Part shown: positions 52,642-64,000 of the stretch, piece after piece | Layout of the letters: every line of letters starts with the position of its first letter | How positions within the stretch are numbered: position 1 is the stretch's first letter | NCBI GenBank assembly: GCA_000004695.1 | Contig: CM000152.2 | Location: 4,992,001 to 5,056,000, forward strand | Source of the DNA: Dictyostelium discoideum | Lineage: Eukaryota | Reading direction: 5' to 3' | Length of the DNA stretch: 64,000 nt | The notes under the pieces: model-generated | What the model was told of the DNA's origin: nothing | The model's database searches: none | Seen by the model: the letters and a program-made list of their open reading frames with translations, nothing else | Program-made: the position numbers and the translations under genes

Positions 52642-53139
52642 TTATTTTGTTGTGTGTGTTGGGAATTGAAATTTAGAAAAATGAAAAAAAAATTTTATAT
52701 TAATTTTTTTTTTTTTTTTTTTTTTTTAATTTTGGTGAAATTTTTTTTTTTTTTAATTTTATTTTATTTAATTTAATAATTTTATATTTTTTTTTCCAAA
52801 AAATTATCGGAAATTGTTTTAAAACATTCCAGAATTATTTGATGGATTTTTTTTTTATTTTTAGTAACATGGCATTGACATGAAATGATAACCCAAAACC
52901 ACCTATTTATTTTTAGTCAAAAATTTTGATTTTTATTTGGACGACAAAACTATAAATAGGATTTTTTTATTTTAAAGTGATTGACTTGAAATGCGACATT
53001 CATAATTTTTTATTTTTTTTTAAATTTCACTGCACATTAACTTAATATCATCAATCAATAATAAGGCATCTTCAAAAGTATTTACTTCAAACTCTATTTG
53101 TAAAAAAAAAATAAAAAAAAAAAAAAAATTAGTTTAGGG

Positions 53140-53179
<40 letters not shown>

Positions 53180-53355
53180 TTACTAATTTTCTTTGGTTTG
53201 TATACTACTTCACCAGCTAATTTATTGAATGAGTTTGTTGTTTTAGACATTGCTATTTTAATTTAATTTGATTTGTTTTTTTTTTAATAATAATTTTTTT
53301 TTTTTTTTTTTTTTTATATAAAAAAATTTTGTGTTATAAATTTTTTTTTTTTTTT

Positions 53356-53423
53356 ATTGACACTGACACTGAGATTTTTATGCGAGTTTTTTTTTTTATT
53401 GATACTGACACTGAGATTTTTAT
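53356..53423. repeat. Direct repeat: 26-nt unit attga[c/t]actgacactgagatttttat x2, each preceded by T10-12, with a partial inverted copy (gtgtcagtgtca) at 53494-53505
   Basis: Unit 1 is 53356-53381 and unit 2 is 53398-53423 (1 mismatch). The reverse-complement core tgacactgacac recurs inverted about 90 bp downstream. It lies in the long divergent intergenic region between the adh5-like gene (-) and the 55304 membrane-protein gene (+). Confidence 0.8.
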
Positions 53424-53782
53424 AAAAATTTTGCATTCTTATGGTCAGTCTTATTTAAAAAATAAAAAGAATAAAAAACCTTTAAAAATCTTTGTGTCAG
53501 TGTCATTCTTCAATAAAAAATAAAAAAATAAAACTCATGTAAAAATTTTTTAATTGGGTCAAAGCAATTAAAAAGAGTCATTTTAGTTTGATTTTTATAT
53601 TTTTAATTTTATTTAGTATCAAAACTTTTGAAATTATAATATTATTATTAGTAATATAATTTAATATTTTAGAGGGCAGAAAATCATTTTTATAAATTCA
53701 AATTACAATATTTTAAACAATTGGTGAACCTAAAGATCTAAAATTTGGAACTTGTTATTTTTTTAAAAAATTTAAATCATTT

Positions 53783-53990
53783 ATCACCCTTTTGAGATCA
53801 GTCTTGTTAATTTCTTTTTTCGATTCAGTTTTTAAAAATATTGTGTGAGAATCACTATTTTATTTTTGGATAGAAGAGGATATTTATTTTTTTAAACTAA
53901 AATGAAAGAAATTTTATTAATTCAACCATAAATTTTTTGAAAAATTGAATCAAAATAAGAAATTAACAAGACTGATCTCAAAAGGGTGAT
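53783..53990. repeat. Perfect 34-bp inverted repeat (atcacccttttgagatcagtcttgttaatttctt / reverse complement) flanking about 140 bp
   Basis: Arm 1 (53783-53816) is the exact reverse complement of arm 2 (53957-53990). It sits in an ORF-free, comparatively GC-richer island (about 53560-54480). Candidate MITE/foldback element or structured RNA. Confidence 0.85.
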
Positions 53991-55174
53991 TGGAGAACAC
54001 CTGTTAGATAGCAATAATCAAAATCAAAAATTTATAGATAATCCAGAATATTTAAGTTGAGAAAACTATACAAGAATTAGAAATGCACCATATCCATCAA
54101 CCAAGAGCCAAATGTAATATTTTCAGCTAATACATTTGATCTGCTCTTCGGAGAGACAACCATTTTAATTACTTAACGAAAATACTAATGTTTTTAATGA
54201 TATTACGATTCAGGTAACCAATGTAAAAAAGGTAGATATCATCAAAGAAAATACTCATATATGCTGGGGTTCCAACCTAGATATGAAAGGATTGGTGATC
54301 ATTTTTCTCATTTTTAACATTTTGAATGGAATGTAATCATCTTTAATCTTTTTGTCAGATAAAATCATTTAAAAGATTTGATGAAGTAAATATCAATTTC
54401 TGTACATAAAAGTAATACAATTCCCTGTCCATTAATAAAATGATCAATACTTGGTCATACAACATTAAATGTTTTAATCATGGGCTTTTTTTTTTTATAA
54501 TTTTTATTTATTTTTTTTTTTTTTATTTTTTTTTCTTTTAAACAAATTTTAAAATTAGTTGAATAAATAAATAAAAAGGATTTCAAATAAAATTTATTTA
54601 AAATTTATTATTTTAACAAACACACCACATTTTATATTTTTAATCCAATCTAAAAAACAAAAAAAATCCCAGATATTTTTTAGATTTTTTTTTTTTTTTT
54701 TTTTTTTAAAAATATCACTTTCACAATTTGTTTATTATAAAAAATAAAATTAATTTTTAAAATTTTATTACAATCATGATCTGCAATATTTTTCACTTAA
54801 TAAAAATATTAAATGACGCCATCACGAGCAATCAATAAAAAAAAAAAAAAAAAAAAATAATGGTTGGGATGACTGGTTTAAGAAACTCGTGGGTTTTAAA
54901 GTTTTTTTAAGACTATTAACATTTTATTTAAAATAGTCTTGATATTTTTTCTTTTTTTTTTTTTATTTTTTTTTTTTTTTTATTTTTAAAAAATATCTTA
55001 TTGTTGTGGCCAATGATGACGCAGAGGTTTTTTTTGAACCTAACATTAACACAATTGATTTCTTTAACTATCGTATTTTTTTTTTTTTTAAAAAAAAAAA
55101 AATGTTTTGTCATTATTTTCTATTAATAAAAAATATCTAAAAACTGTTTTTTTTTATAAAATTTGTTTAAAACC

Positions 55175-55212
<38 letters not shown>

Positions 55213-55303
55213 ATTTTCTTTTCTTTTATTTTCTTTTTATAAATATATAAATAAATAAAATTTATACAAATAAAACTAAATTAATAAATTAACCTAAATA
55301 GAA

Positions 55304-58300
55304 ATGGGGTTCTATGAATCATTTAGGTCAATTTATAATTTTAATTCAATCAAGGTTAAAGTTTCTCTAGTTGAAGCATTGGCAGTTTCAGTTTCAGCAA
55401 TTGTAGCTATTTTACCATGGAAAGATTGGGGAATAATTTGGAGTGATGGAACATTAATTTATACTCCGATTATGTGTTTAATGGTAACTAATAATGTATC
55501 ATCATTTACAAATATACATTTATCAATTACAATGTTAATTGGTACATTGATAGCATGTTTCTATGCATTCATAATTATGTTAATTACAAGGGACATTGTT
55601 TGGATAACATTCTTTCCAACATTTATATTCTATTATGTTATTACAGCCACTTGTAATATACCAAATAGAAAATGGATGACTGGTTTATTTTTAAAAGTTT
55701 GTTTTCTATACCTTTTCATGACATTGTATTTCACAAAGATTGAAAATATGAATAATGACATTGTTGAAGATATTTATAGTATGCTATTCGTAGTTGCAAC
55801 AGTCATAGTATCGTCACTTGTTTTCCCAACATTAGCATCTCGTTTAATTTTTGGAAAAGTTGTTAAAACTTTGAATTCCACAAGAACTTATTTCCTTTTA
55901 ATTGGTAATTTATTTGAAGAAAAGTTAGGTAAAACTAGTGGTAAGATTAATAATCAAATTTTCACAAATACATTCCAACAATTAATAAAAGAACAACAAG
56001 ATAAACAAAATTCAAAATCAAATGTAATACCTGAAAAACCAATGTTAAACTTTTCCTTAAAATCTCAATTAAATCCAACTCAAGAAATTCCAATGAATAT
56101 ATATAGTATTGGTGTTACACCATTATTGAAATCTCAAACTTCAATAGACCAATATGAAATCCCAGAAGAGAAATTAAAATTACCATTATCAAGATCAATG
56201 AATAATAATAGTAATAGAAGTGCTGTTGTTTTAGATATCGGTAGACATAGATCAACTACTACCAATACCACTAGTACTACAGCAAATAGAGTTCGTTCTA
56301 AATCAGTTTTATCAACCCAAAATTTAAAAGAAAAAATTGAAATTATTAAAAATCAAAATTTAAATCCATTGGAGGAGGAAATGCAAATATTGGAAATTGA
56401 ACTTACAAATAGAATTGCAACAATGACCAATTTGTTGTCAGAGTCAAGAAGTGAAAGATGGAATGATGATTTGAATGATAATTATGATAAATTAATATCA
56501 ATGTTTGAAATGACATTAAAACAATTAATTTCAATTAAATCATCAATTGAAAATGGTTTTAATCAAAATTCAATCGATGAATTAATTCAACCATTAATTC
56601 CATTCATTCAATGTTTAATTGAAGAAGTTTACTTACAAATGGGAATTATGATTGAAATATTAAAAAATCAAAATTTTAATATAAATGATAATGATTCAAT
56701 ATTTAAAGTATTATTAAAATCATTTGATGAAACTCAAGAATTGGTTGATAGAGTTAAAGGTGCATTTAAACAAGTTGTAAAAGAATACCAAGAAACTAAT
56801 ATTCAATTATTATCAAATGATGATCTCACTAAAGCTCATTTCTTTGTTCATGGTATTCTATCATTTTCATTACAACAACGTCAATTTGCTGATATCTTAA
56901 TCAATGTTAAAAAACAACAACATTCATATTCAGTAAGATGGGAATTAATTAGATATGGTTTATTAATGGTATTATTTGGTTTCCCTTTAATGATAATTAA
57001 AAGATGCAAATTTATTAAAAATAAATTATTTGGTAGTGGTGGCAGTACTAATGGTAGCAGCAGCAGTGGTGGCAGTACTAGTGGTGAAATTAAAAAAGAT
57101 AATAATTTAATTTTAATTTTTAAATGGATTCATTTTAATTATTTTAAAGATGATAAATGGAGGTTTCCATTACAAATGTCAATTTCTTTAACAAGTGGTA
57201 CAATTCCATTCTTTTTTGTTGGTGATGGTGTTTCTGATAGTTCTGGTATGTTTGTTACATTTGGTGTTTGGACAGTAACAACAATAGTTTTTATCATTGG
57301 ACCCAGTGTCGGTGCATCAATTACTCAAGGATTTAGAGAGAGTAGAGGTACATTGGGAGGTGCAATAGTTGGTTTCGCAGTATCATTACTATGTAGTCAT
57401 ATCCCAACACCATATAAAGAAATTGTAATAATTGTATTTGTTTTCATTTTCACTTTCTTTATTTCATATCCACATCAAAATAAAATTCATTCCCAATCTG
57501 CTGAAATTTGTGAATTAACTTTTCTATTAGTACTTTTAGGTCAAAATCTATCCCATGATTTTGATTACATGTTTGCTGTATTAAGAACTGTTCATATCAT
57601 ATTTGGTGTAATCTGGAATGCTTTAATCTGTTTAATTGTATTCCCATTCTTTTCATACAAAAACACAAGAATTAAAATATTCCAAATTACAAATTCTCTA
57701 TCAGATACCTTTATCAATATTATCATTAATGGTTTAAGAATGAATGAACAAATTAATCACAACCACAACCAACATGGTGATAATCAAGATAAGAATAATA
57801 TTAAAAATATTTTAATTAATTATGATAAAAACTTCAACAATAACAATAATAATAATTATTTCGATAATATTAATAATATTATTAAATTACAAATTGGTAC
57901 ACTTGAATCAGTTAAATATTTAAGAGAGAATATGAAAAAAGAAATTTATGAATCATTAAAGGAGATTAGAATTGGCATTGATGGAATTAGAGATTCTTTA
58001 TCAAGTGTTGAATCTGAATTATATTTCGTATCACCTTCAAAAACTGTTAAATATTATTCATTAACTGAAAATTTAATTAATTGTTCAACTAGATTAATTT
58101 CCTTAGAAAATTCATTTGATCCAATTTTTATAGATTTAATTATTTTATCAATGTTTAATTTAAATCGACCATTAAATGATTTATTTCAACAATTGATTTC
58201 ATCAAAATCTGATATTAAATTATTAATGGCTGGTAAATTTAAATCATCATCTAATGGTGATGATATATTTAAACATTGTCAATTAATTAATGAAAAGTGG

Positions 58301-58507
58301 GATTTAGTTAAACAAGAATTTAAATCAATAAGATTATTCCTTTTAAAGGAAGGATTGTTCCATATCCTTCATCCTCATCAAATTCAATTTGGTTCTGGTA
58401 TTCATTCGATTGAATTATTCATTCAATCATTCATTCTTTTATTTGAAGATTTACGTTCAATTAAAGATGAAACAAGTTATTTAAAACAATTTTTAAAATT
58501 AAAATGA
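55304..58507 (+). CDS. Polytopic membrane protein with two hydrophobic clusters separated by large hydrophilic domains (FUSC/ArAE aromatic-acid-exporter-like topology), 1067 aa
   Basis: Single ORF. TM cluster 1 is about residues 20-190 (AVSVSAIVAILPW..., IGTLIACFYAFIIMLI..., FLYLFMTLYF...). A hydrophilic helical domain follows. TM cluster 2 is about residues 560-800 (LLMVLFGFPLMII, GVWTVTTIVFIIGPSVGASITQG, GGAIVGFAVSLLCS, ICLIVFPFFSY), and a C-terminal hydrophilic domain closes the protein. The family assignment is inferred from this architecture only. Confidence 0.5.
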   Translation: MGFYESFRSIYNFNSIKVKVSLVEALAVSVSAIVAILPWKDWGIIWSDGTLIYTPIMCLMVTNNVSSFTNIHLSITMLIGTLIACFYAFIIMLITRDIVWITFFPTFIFYYVITATCNIPNRKWMTGLFLKVCFLYLFMTLYFTKIENMNNDIVEDIYSMLFVVATVIVSSLVFPTLASRLIFGKVVKTLNSTRTYFLLIGNLFEEKLGKTSGKINNQIFTNTFQQLIKEQQDKQNSKSNVIPEKPMLNFSLKSQLNPTQEIPMNIYSIGVTPLLKSQTSIDQYEIPEEKLKLPLSRSMNNNSNRSAVVLDIGRHRSTTTNTTSTTANRVRSKSVLSTQNLKEKIEIIKNQNLNPLEEEMQILEIELTNRIATMTNLLSESRSERWNDDLNDNYDKLISMFEMTLKQLISIKSSIENGFNQNSIDELIQPLIPFIQCLIEEVYLQMGIMIEILKNQNFNINDNDSIFKVLLKSFDETQELVDRVKGAFKQVVKEYQETNIQLLSNDDLTKAHFFVHGILSFSLQQRQFADILINVKKQQHSYSVRWELIRYGLLMVLFGFPLMIIKRCKFIKNKLFGSGGSTNGSSSSGGSTSGEIKKDNNLILIFKWIHFNYFKDDKWRFPLQMSISLTSGTIPFFFVGDGVSDSSGMFVTFGVWTVTTIVFIIGPSVGASITQGFRESRGTLGGAIVGFAVSLLCSHIPTPYKEIVIIVFVFIFTFFISYPHQNKIHSQSAEICELTFLLVLLGQNLSHDFDYMFAVLRTVHIIFGVIWNALICLIVFPFFSYKNTRIKIFQITNSLSDTFINIIINGLRMNEQINHNHNQHGDNQDKNNIKNILINYDKNFNNNNNNNYFDNINNIIKLQIGTLESVKYLRENMKKEIYESLKEIRIGIDGIRDSLSSVESELYFVSPSKTVKYYSLTENLINCSTRLISLENSFDPIFIDLIILSMFNLNRPLNDLFQQLISSKSDIKLLMAGKFKSSSNGDDIFKHCQLINEKWDLVKQEFKSIRLFLLKEGLFHILHPHQIQFGSGIHSIELFIQSFILLFEDLRSIKDETSYLKQFLKLK

Positions 58508-58539
58508 ATTATTTAAATTTTAAAAAAATTGTTTTAATC

Positions 58540-58584
<45 letters not shown>

Positions 58585-58784
58585 AAATAAATTTAATTTT
58601 TTTGTTATTTAACCACTCCCCAAAAAAAATCAAGTTTTTTATTATTTATTTAATATATATTTTTCTAATTTTTGTTTTTAGATTATTTAAAAAAAATAAA
58701 TAATCAAAAATAACTTTTTTTTAATTTTTGTTATTTTTATTATTGATACATTAAAAAAATAAGATATAAAAATTAATAATCACA

Positions 58785-58819
<35 letters not shown>

Positions 58820-59441
58820 CTTGGAATTTATTTTTGTTGATCAAAATTATGGTTTTTGGTGGTGTTTATTATTTATTTTATTTTATTTATTTGCTAAATG
58901 TTTTGGAAATTGAATTTTCTGGTTTTGGTTGAATTGTTGGTGGTTTAATAACCAAAGTTCTGGAGGCACCACTACCATTACGAGTCTTTTTTTTTAAATA
59001 TTTAATGGGAAAGTTTAAAAAAAAAAAAAAAAGAAAATATTAGTCCCTTAAAATAAAAAAAAAATACAAGATATAAAATATTTTTAAAATTTACATTTTG
59101 TTGAAAGAATGATAATTTTTGTGACATTATTTTTTACAGAAGGATTATTAGAATAAAATAAAATAAAAAAAAAAAATAAAAAAATAAAAAAAAAAAAAAA
59201 TAAAATAAAAAAAAAAAATTGACTAAATACTGTTGTGAAAATTATAAAAAAATATCTAATTATAAAAAAAAAAAAATGTTTTAAAAAAAAAAAAAAAAGA
59301 TCACCAAACGTTCACAAAAATAAAAAAAATAAAAAAAAATAAAAAAAAAAAAAAAAAAATCGACTAAATATCGTTGTGAAAATTATAAAAATAGAAATAT
59401 TTGATCATCAATCACTAAAGTTTATTTGAATACAAACAAAA

Positions 59442-59484
<43 letters not shown>

Positions 59485-59861
59485 TAAAAATAAAAATTAA
59501 AAAATATTATTTTTTTTTTTTAAAAAAAAATCATAAAAAAAAAAAAAACTCAAAAAAAAAAAAAAAAAAAACAATTTTTCTACATGTACTTCTAAAAACT
59601 ATTTGTATTATTATTACTATTTTTTTCATTCTTAATTTATTTATTTTTTTCATAAATTGTATAATTACACACCACACACACACACACATATATATATATA
59701 TACATACACTCTCTCTTTTTAAATTTTGCGATATTTTTTTAAAGTTATATATACATATATTACTTTATCACTCACCCACCCACCATCACTTTATATATTG
59801 AATTTATATATTGTATACAATTTTAAAGAATTAAATAATTTAAAACAAACAAACAAACAAA

Positions 59862-59892
<31 letters not shown>

Positions 59893-59941
59893 AATAAAGT
59901 AACAATATATAATAAATAAAAAAAATAAAAATAATTGAAAA

Positions 59942-62758
59942 ATGTCAGAACTATCAGAGAGTGGTAGTTATAATAGTTATAACTCGTTGAGTGCTGGTAG
60001 TCCATTACCATTACAAGAGATATTTAATGGAGCAGAAACTAAATGTCAAAGTCATTATTTACAATCACGAATTAATACAAACTATGAACAAGTTAAACAA
60101 CAATTAAAAGAATCTGCAGAAAAGAAAAACTCTTCAAAAATCTATTCATCACTTCAACATTTAACTTACTATAAAGTCGAAAAGGATTTATTAGAAACTA
60201 TCCTTAGAATCATTGATATCACTGATGATAAGAAAACGTTACGTTTAGCATATTATTTTTTAGGTGAAATTTCACAATTTAAACATTTAATTAATAATTC
60301 TACTGTAAGTATTATTATTATTATTATTAATATATTTATTTTTTAAAAAAAAAAGTATAATTAATATTTATATATATATATATATATTTTCTATTAGGAA
60401 ATTAAAAATATAACAACAATTTTTAATAAAGAGATGCAACATAAAGATATTTCAAGAAAAGTTGTATCATTAAAAACTACAGCATCTGTTGCACCAAATG
60501 ATGTTTTAATTGATGGTAAAATTATTAAATAATTCATATAGATAGATTAAAAATAATAAATACTAATATTATTATTTATTATTAATTATTATTAAATATT
60601 ATTAGCAAATATTTTAGATGTAATTTCAGGTATTTTAAGAAAAGTTGGTGAAGATCCAGATAAAACACAAAAAAAGAAAGGATTTTTTACAAGAGCAACA
60701 ACAGATTTAGGTAGAGAGAGGTCATTATTACAATATTCATGTTTTGTAGCATGTAGAAATAGATATAAGAATAATCCATCATTGTTTATGCCAATTGTAG
60801 AGGGTATTAAATGTGTGGATCCAGTAGGTGCAAGACATGCAGTTTCATTGACTCTAAATTATGCATTGGAGAATCCATCGACTGTGGCAGCAACTACAAA
60901 AAGATTCATACCATTGTTAAAGGCAAATAAAGGTAAAGAGGCAGTTTACTTGGTGGACCCATTCGCAAGAAGAAATTTCATAAAGCTTTGTGGTCATTTA
61001 GCAGCGACTCCATCACCCATTGGTAATGTGATCACCATGGAGAATAAGGATTTCTTTCAATCGTTGTGTCAATCTGTAATGGATGCTCATCTATCGGTTG
61101 CATTCTATGCAATCAATGTGTTGTCGAGATTCTCTTGGCCAACATTAGAATCTGCCCATATCGACGCCATCCAATTCGATTCAGAGTTGCCCCATTTCGA
61201 ATCGTTGGCATTCCAAACCTCACTAATCGTGGGCATTTGCAATAAGATGAGAATTGGTTTCAACACCTATTCCATTGGTGCCTATTCCAACTACTCGATG
61301 CAACATGGTCACCATCATCTCCATCATTATCATCAAGGTGGAAGCGGCACTGTCGGTGGATCCGTTCCATCCTCATCGTCGTCCTCCTCATCTTCCTCAA
61401 ACATAACCACATCAGCCTTATCATCAGGCTCATCTAGTAACTCATCATTGTCAAGTCAACAATTACTATTGGTACAACAACAACAACAACAATTACTACA
61501 TCAACAATCAAATCCATTCCTTCATTTAGCTTGTAAATTAATTTCGGTTCTATCACAATCCTATGTAAAATATTCTTATCCAAAGGATTCAACAACTCAA
61601 CAACCAATCATTGGCGATTGGTCATTCGATGAAAAACAATATCAACATCAATCAGTTTATCCATATCATCATAATTTATCACCATTTACTGGTTTACCAA
61701 ATCCAATTTCAAATAATAATAATAGTAGCAATAATACAAAAGATCAATCAACAACAACAACAACATCAACAACATCATCATCATCAAATTCTATACATCC
61801 ATTTTCAAGTTTAACACAATTAATTTTAAATTTATTAAATATATCACCAAGTATTTCAATTAGAATTCAAGCATTAAAAGCATTAGTTTGGTTATGTCCT
61901 TCAAATTTAGATCAATCAAAATTATATTTAGAAACTTTTAGAAGTCAATTACGTGATCCATATCATCCAACTCATTTATTTAAAGAATTATTTTTAGAAC
62001 TCTATAAGAGAATCATTGCAACACCAATACTTTCACCAATGATATTAGAGTTGGTTTATGATTGGATAGATATAATTCCATCGAAATGTGATACTAGTTT
62101 AGTTTGTGAAATTTGGAAAACCATAGTTGAATTTGGTAAAGTATTTGCCAATGAAAAACTATTGGCTAGTATCTTTAAGATATTGGATCGTATAGTTCAT
62201 CCAGATTTCCGTGTGCTTGCTATGGAGATTCAAAAAGATATCATTAAATTCCTTGGTGAATACTCCAATCAAATCACTTTTGAACAACCATCAAGATTCG
62301 AACAATGTAAATCACGTTCTGGTTCAAATCAACAACAACATCTTTCAAATATGTCTTTGAATTCAATCATTCAAAGATTACAACAATATTCAATCTTTTC
62401 ACCATGGCAAATTAGATTAGAATCAATTGATTCCTTGGCAAAGATAGCTTTTCAATCCTCAACCGTCGTTAAAGTTCATATCTATAACTTTTTAACTTTA
62501 CTTCCAAATGAATCTCATGGTTGGACAACCGTTAAATCAAATACTTCAATCATTGTAAATACTTTGGATCAATTGTTAACTTGTCGTGCTAAATGGTTAC
62601 CTCTATTCAAATCATCCGATCTATCTCAAAATCAAATTAAAGATCTTAAAAATGATCATACAAATCTTTGTCTACAAATTGGTTTATTCTTTGATCAATT
62701 ATCTTTTGATTATTTACCATTAGGTATTGAATCTAAAAAATATCTTGGTTCAAAATAA
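59942..62758 (+). CDS. Large helical (HEAT/ARM-like) protein of unknown function, about 865 aa, 3 exons
   Basis: Exons 59942..60304, 60434..60515 and 60606..62758. Donors are GTAAGT and GTAAAA; acceptors are AAAGAG and ATTAG. Frame continuity was checked: a stop at 60410 in the exon-2 frame forces the acceptor to 60433. The N-terminus ...IYSSLQHLTYYKVEKDLLETILRIIDITDDKKTLRLAYYFLGEIS is adaptin-trunk-like. The middle has His-rich, Ser-rich and polyQ linkers, and the C-terminal half is helical and Leu-rich. Confidence 0.6.
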
Positions 62759-62819
62759 TAATTAATAATAATAAATAATAATAATTTTTAAAAATTTAAA
62801 ATAAAATAAAAAGTAATAC

Positions 62820-62943
<124 letters not shown>

Positions 62944-63048
62944 GATAAAAATAAAATTAAAAATAAAAATTTATATACATATATATAATCTTTTTTCCTT
63001 TTTTTTTTTTTTTTTTTAATTTTTTTTTTTAATTTATTTTTTTTTAAT

Positions 63049-63612
63049 TTATTCTTCTAAATTTATAGAATTTTTAAATTTAGCATAAAGTATAACTTTT
63101 AATTCTTTATGTTTTTCATTAATATCATTAATGTCGCTATCTATCTTTTTAATATCTTCTTCAAGTTTGTTAATATATTTTTCAATCAATGATTCTGCGT
63201 CTTCTTTATTAACTTCTAAAAATGCTTCTCCCATTGAATATTTGAATTTTGAATCATCATCTGCAATAAATAAATCATCTTGTGAATCTGTTGCTTTTTC
63301 TAAATCTTCCTAAATTATTTTTATAAATTTAAGTATTAGTAATGTGTTTAAAAATAGTTTTTTTTTTTTTTTTTATATTTACTTGTTTTGCTTTCTTTTC
63401 TCTCATTAATTCATGTTTTCTATTATTTAATCTACCAAAAAGGTTGATCATTTTTTGATCTGCTGCACAAACTTCTGTTTCTAAAACTTCATCAACTTTT
63501 TCTATCTGTTAAAATTTATATTATTTTAATTTAGTTAGTATGTGTTAAATCATAGGAATGAGGGATTGTTTGTAAAATAAATCTTTGCTATTCATACCAT
63601 TGTCTTGGACAT
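63049..63612 (-). CDS. pfdn4: Prefoldin subunit 4 (beta-type), 132 aa, 3 exons
   Basis: Exons on minus: 63612..63598 (ATGTCCAAGACAATG, donor GTATGA), 63505..63383 and 63309..63049. Product: MSKTM-IEKVDEVLETEVCAADQKMINLFGRLNNRKHELMREKKAKQ-EDLEKATDSQDDLFIADDDSKFKYSMGEAFLEV...ELKVILYAKFKNSINLEE. It parallels human PFDN4 (EDQQKINKFAR..., LMLADDD..IPYQIGDVF, LYAKFGSNINLE). Confidence 0.85.
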
Positions 63613-63678
63613 TTTTAATTTTTATATATACAAATTGGGGGTATCGTTTTTGGTGGGTGAATATGAAGTGAATTTTTG

Positions 63679-63710
<32 letters not shown>

Positions 63711-64000
63711 AAAAAAAAAAAAAAATAAAAAAAAATAAAAAAAAACAAATTTAAAAATAAATTGTTCTATACCAAAAATAATTATAAAAAATTAATAATA
63801 AAAATTATTTACATCCCAAAACAGTTTTTTTTTTATTTTTATTTTAATTATTTTTTTTTATTTTTTTTATTTTTATTTTAATGTTATTTTTTTTATTTTT
63901 AATTTTTTTTTTTTATTTTTTTTTTTATTTTTTTTTTTATTTTTCAATTTCATTTTATTTTTTTTATTTTTTTTAAATTTCAAATTTATTTTTAATTAAT

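Noticed and set aside
59640-59720. (CA)n/(TA)n dinucleotide tracts acacacacacacatatatatatata
   Set aside because: Short simple-sequence in intergenic DNA with no accompanying structure.

Overview
This window is AT-rich Dictyostelium-type nuclear DNA (very probably D. discoideum). It shows long A/T homopolymers, (CAA)n and (AAT)n coding repeats for polyQ/polyN, and short GTAAGT/GTATGT...AG introns. It is gene-dense with about 25 protein-coding genes, most of them spliced. The six-frame ORF track reports unspliced ORFs and uses TTG/GTG as alternative starts, so exon models were rebuilt by hand from splice sites and protein-family conservation. Recognisable genes, in window order, are: a GATA zinc-finger transcription factor (5' partial), a small P-loop kinase, a UBC4/5-type E2, a La protein, a possible Abitram/FAM206A-like protein, BOP1/Erb1, a DDX24/Mak5-type DEAD-box helicase, a secreted EGF/PAN-domain protein, a myotubularin with GRAM, phosphatase and FYVE domains, a LYR-motif protein, CCT epsilon, two paralogous Asn-rich ankyrin-like proteins, a giant LRR plus IPT/TIG-repeat tgr-like surface protein, a sedolisin/TPP1-like peptidase, an ELO fatty-acid elongase, a short coiled-coil protein, a Maf-like pyrophosphatase, a purple acid phosphatase, a FYVE-pseudokinase-WH2 protein (PXK/Slob-like), class-III alcohol dehydrogenase, a two-cluster polytopic membrane protein (FUSC/ArAE-like), a large helical protein of unknown function, and prefoldin subunit 4. 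Non-genic features include an elongation-factor-2 pseudogene with internal deletions sitting in a 2.3 kb stretch of complex, ORF-free DNA, a second ORF-free complex island carrying a perfect 34-bp inverted repeat, and several micro- and minisatellites. No rRNA, tRNA or CRISPR was detected, and no prokaryote-style multi-gene system is evident. The most unusual items are the FYVE-for-PX PXK-like protein, the EF2 pseudogene island, the inverted-repeat island and the tandem ankyrin-like paralogs.
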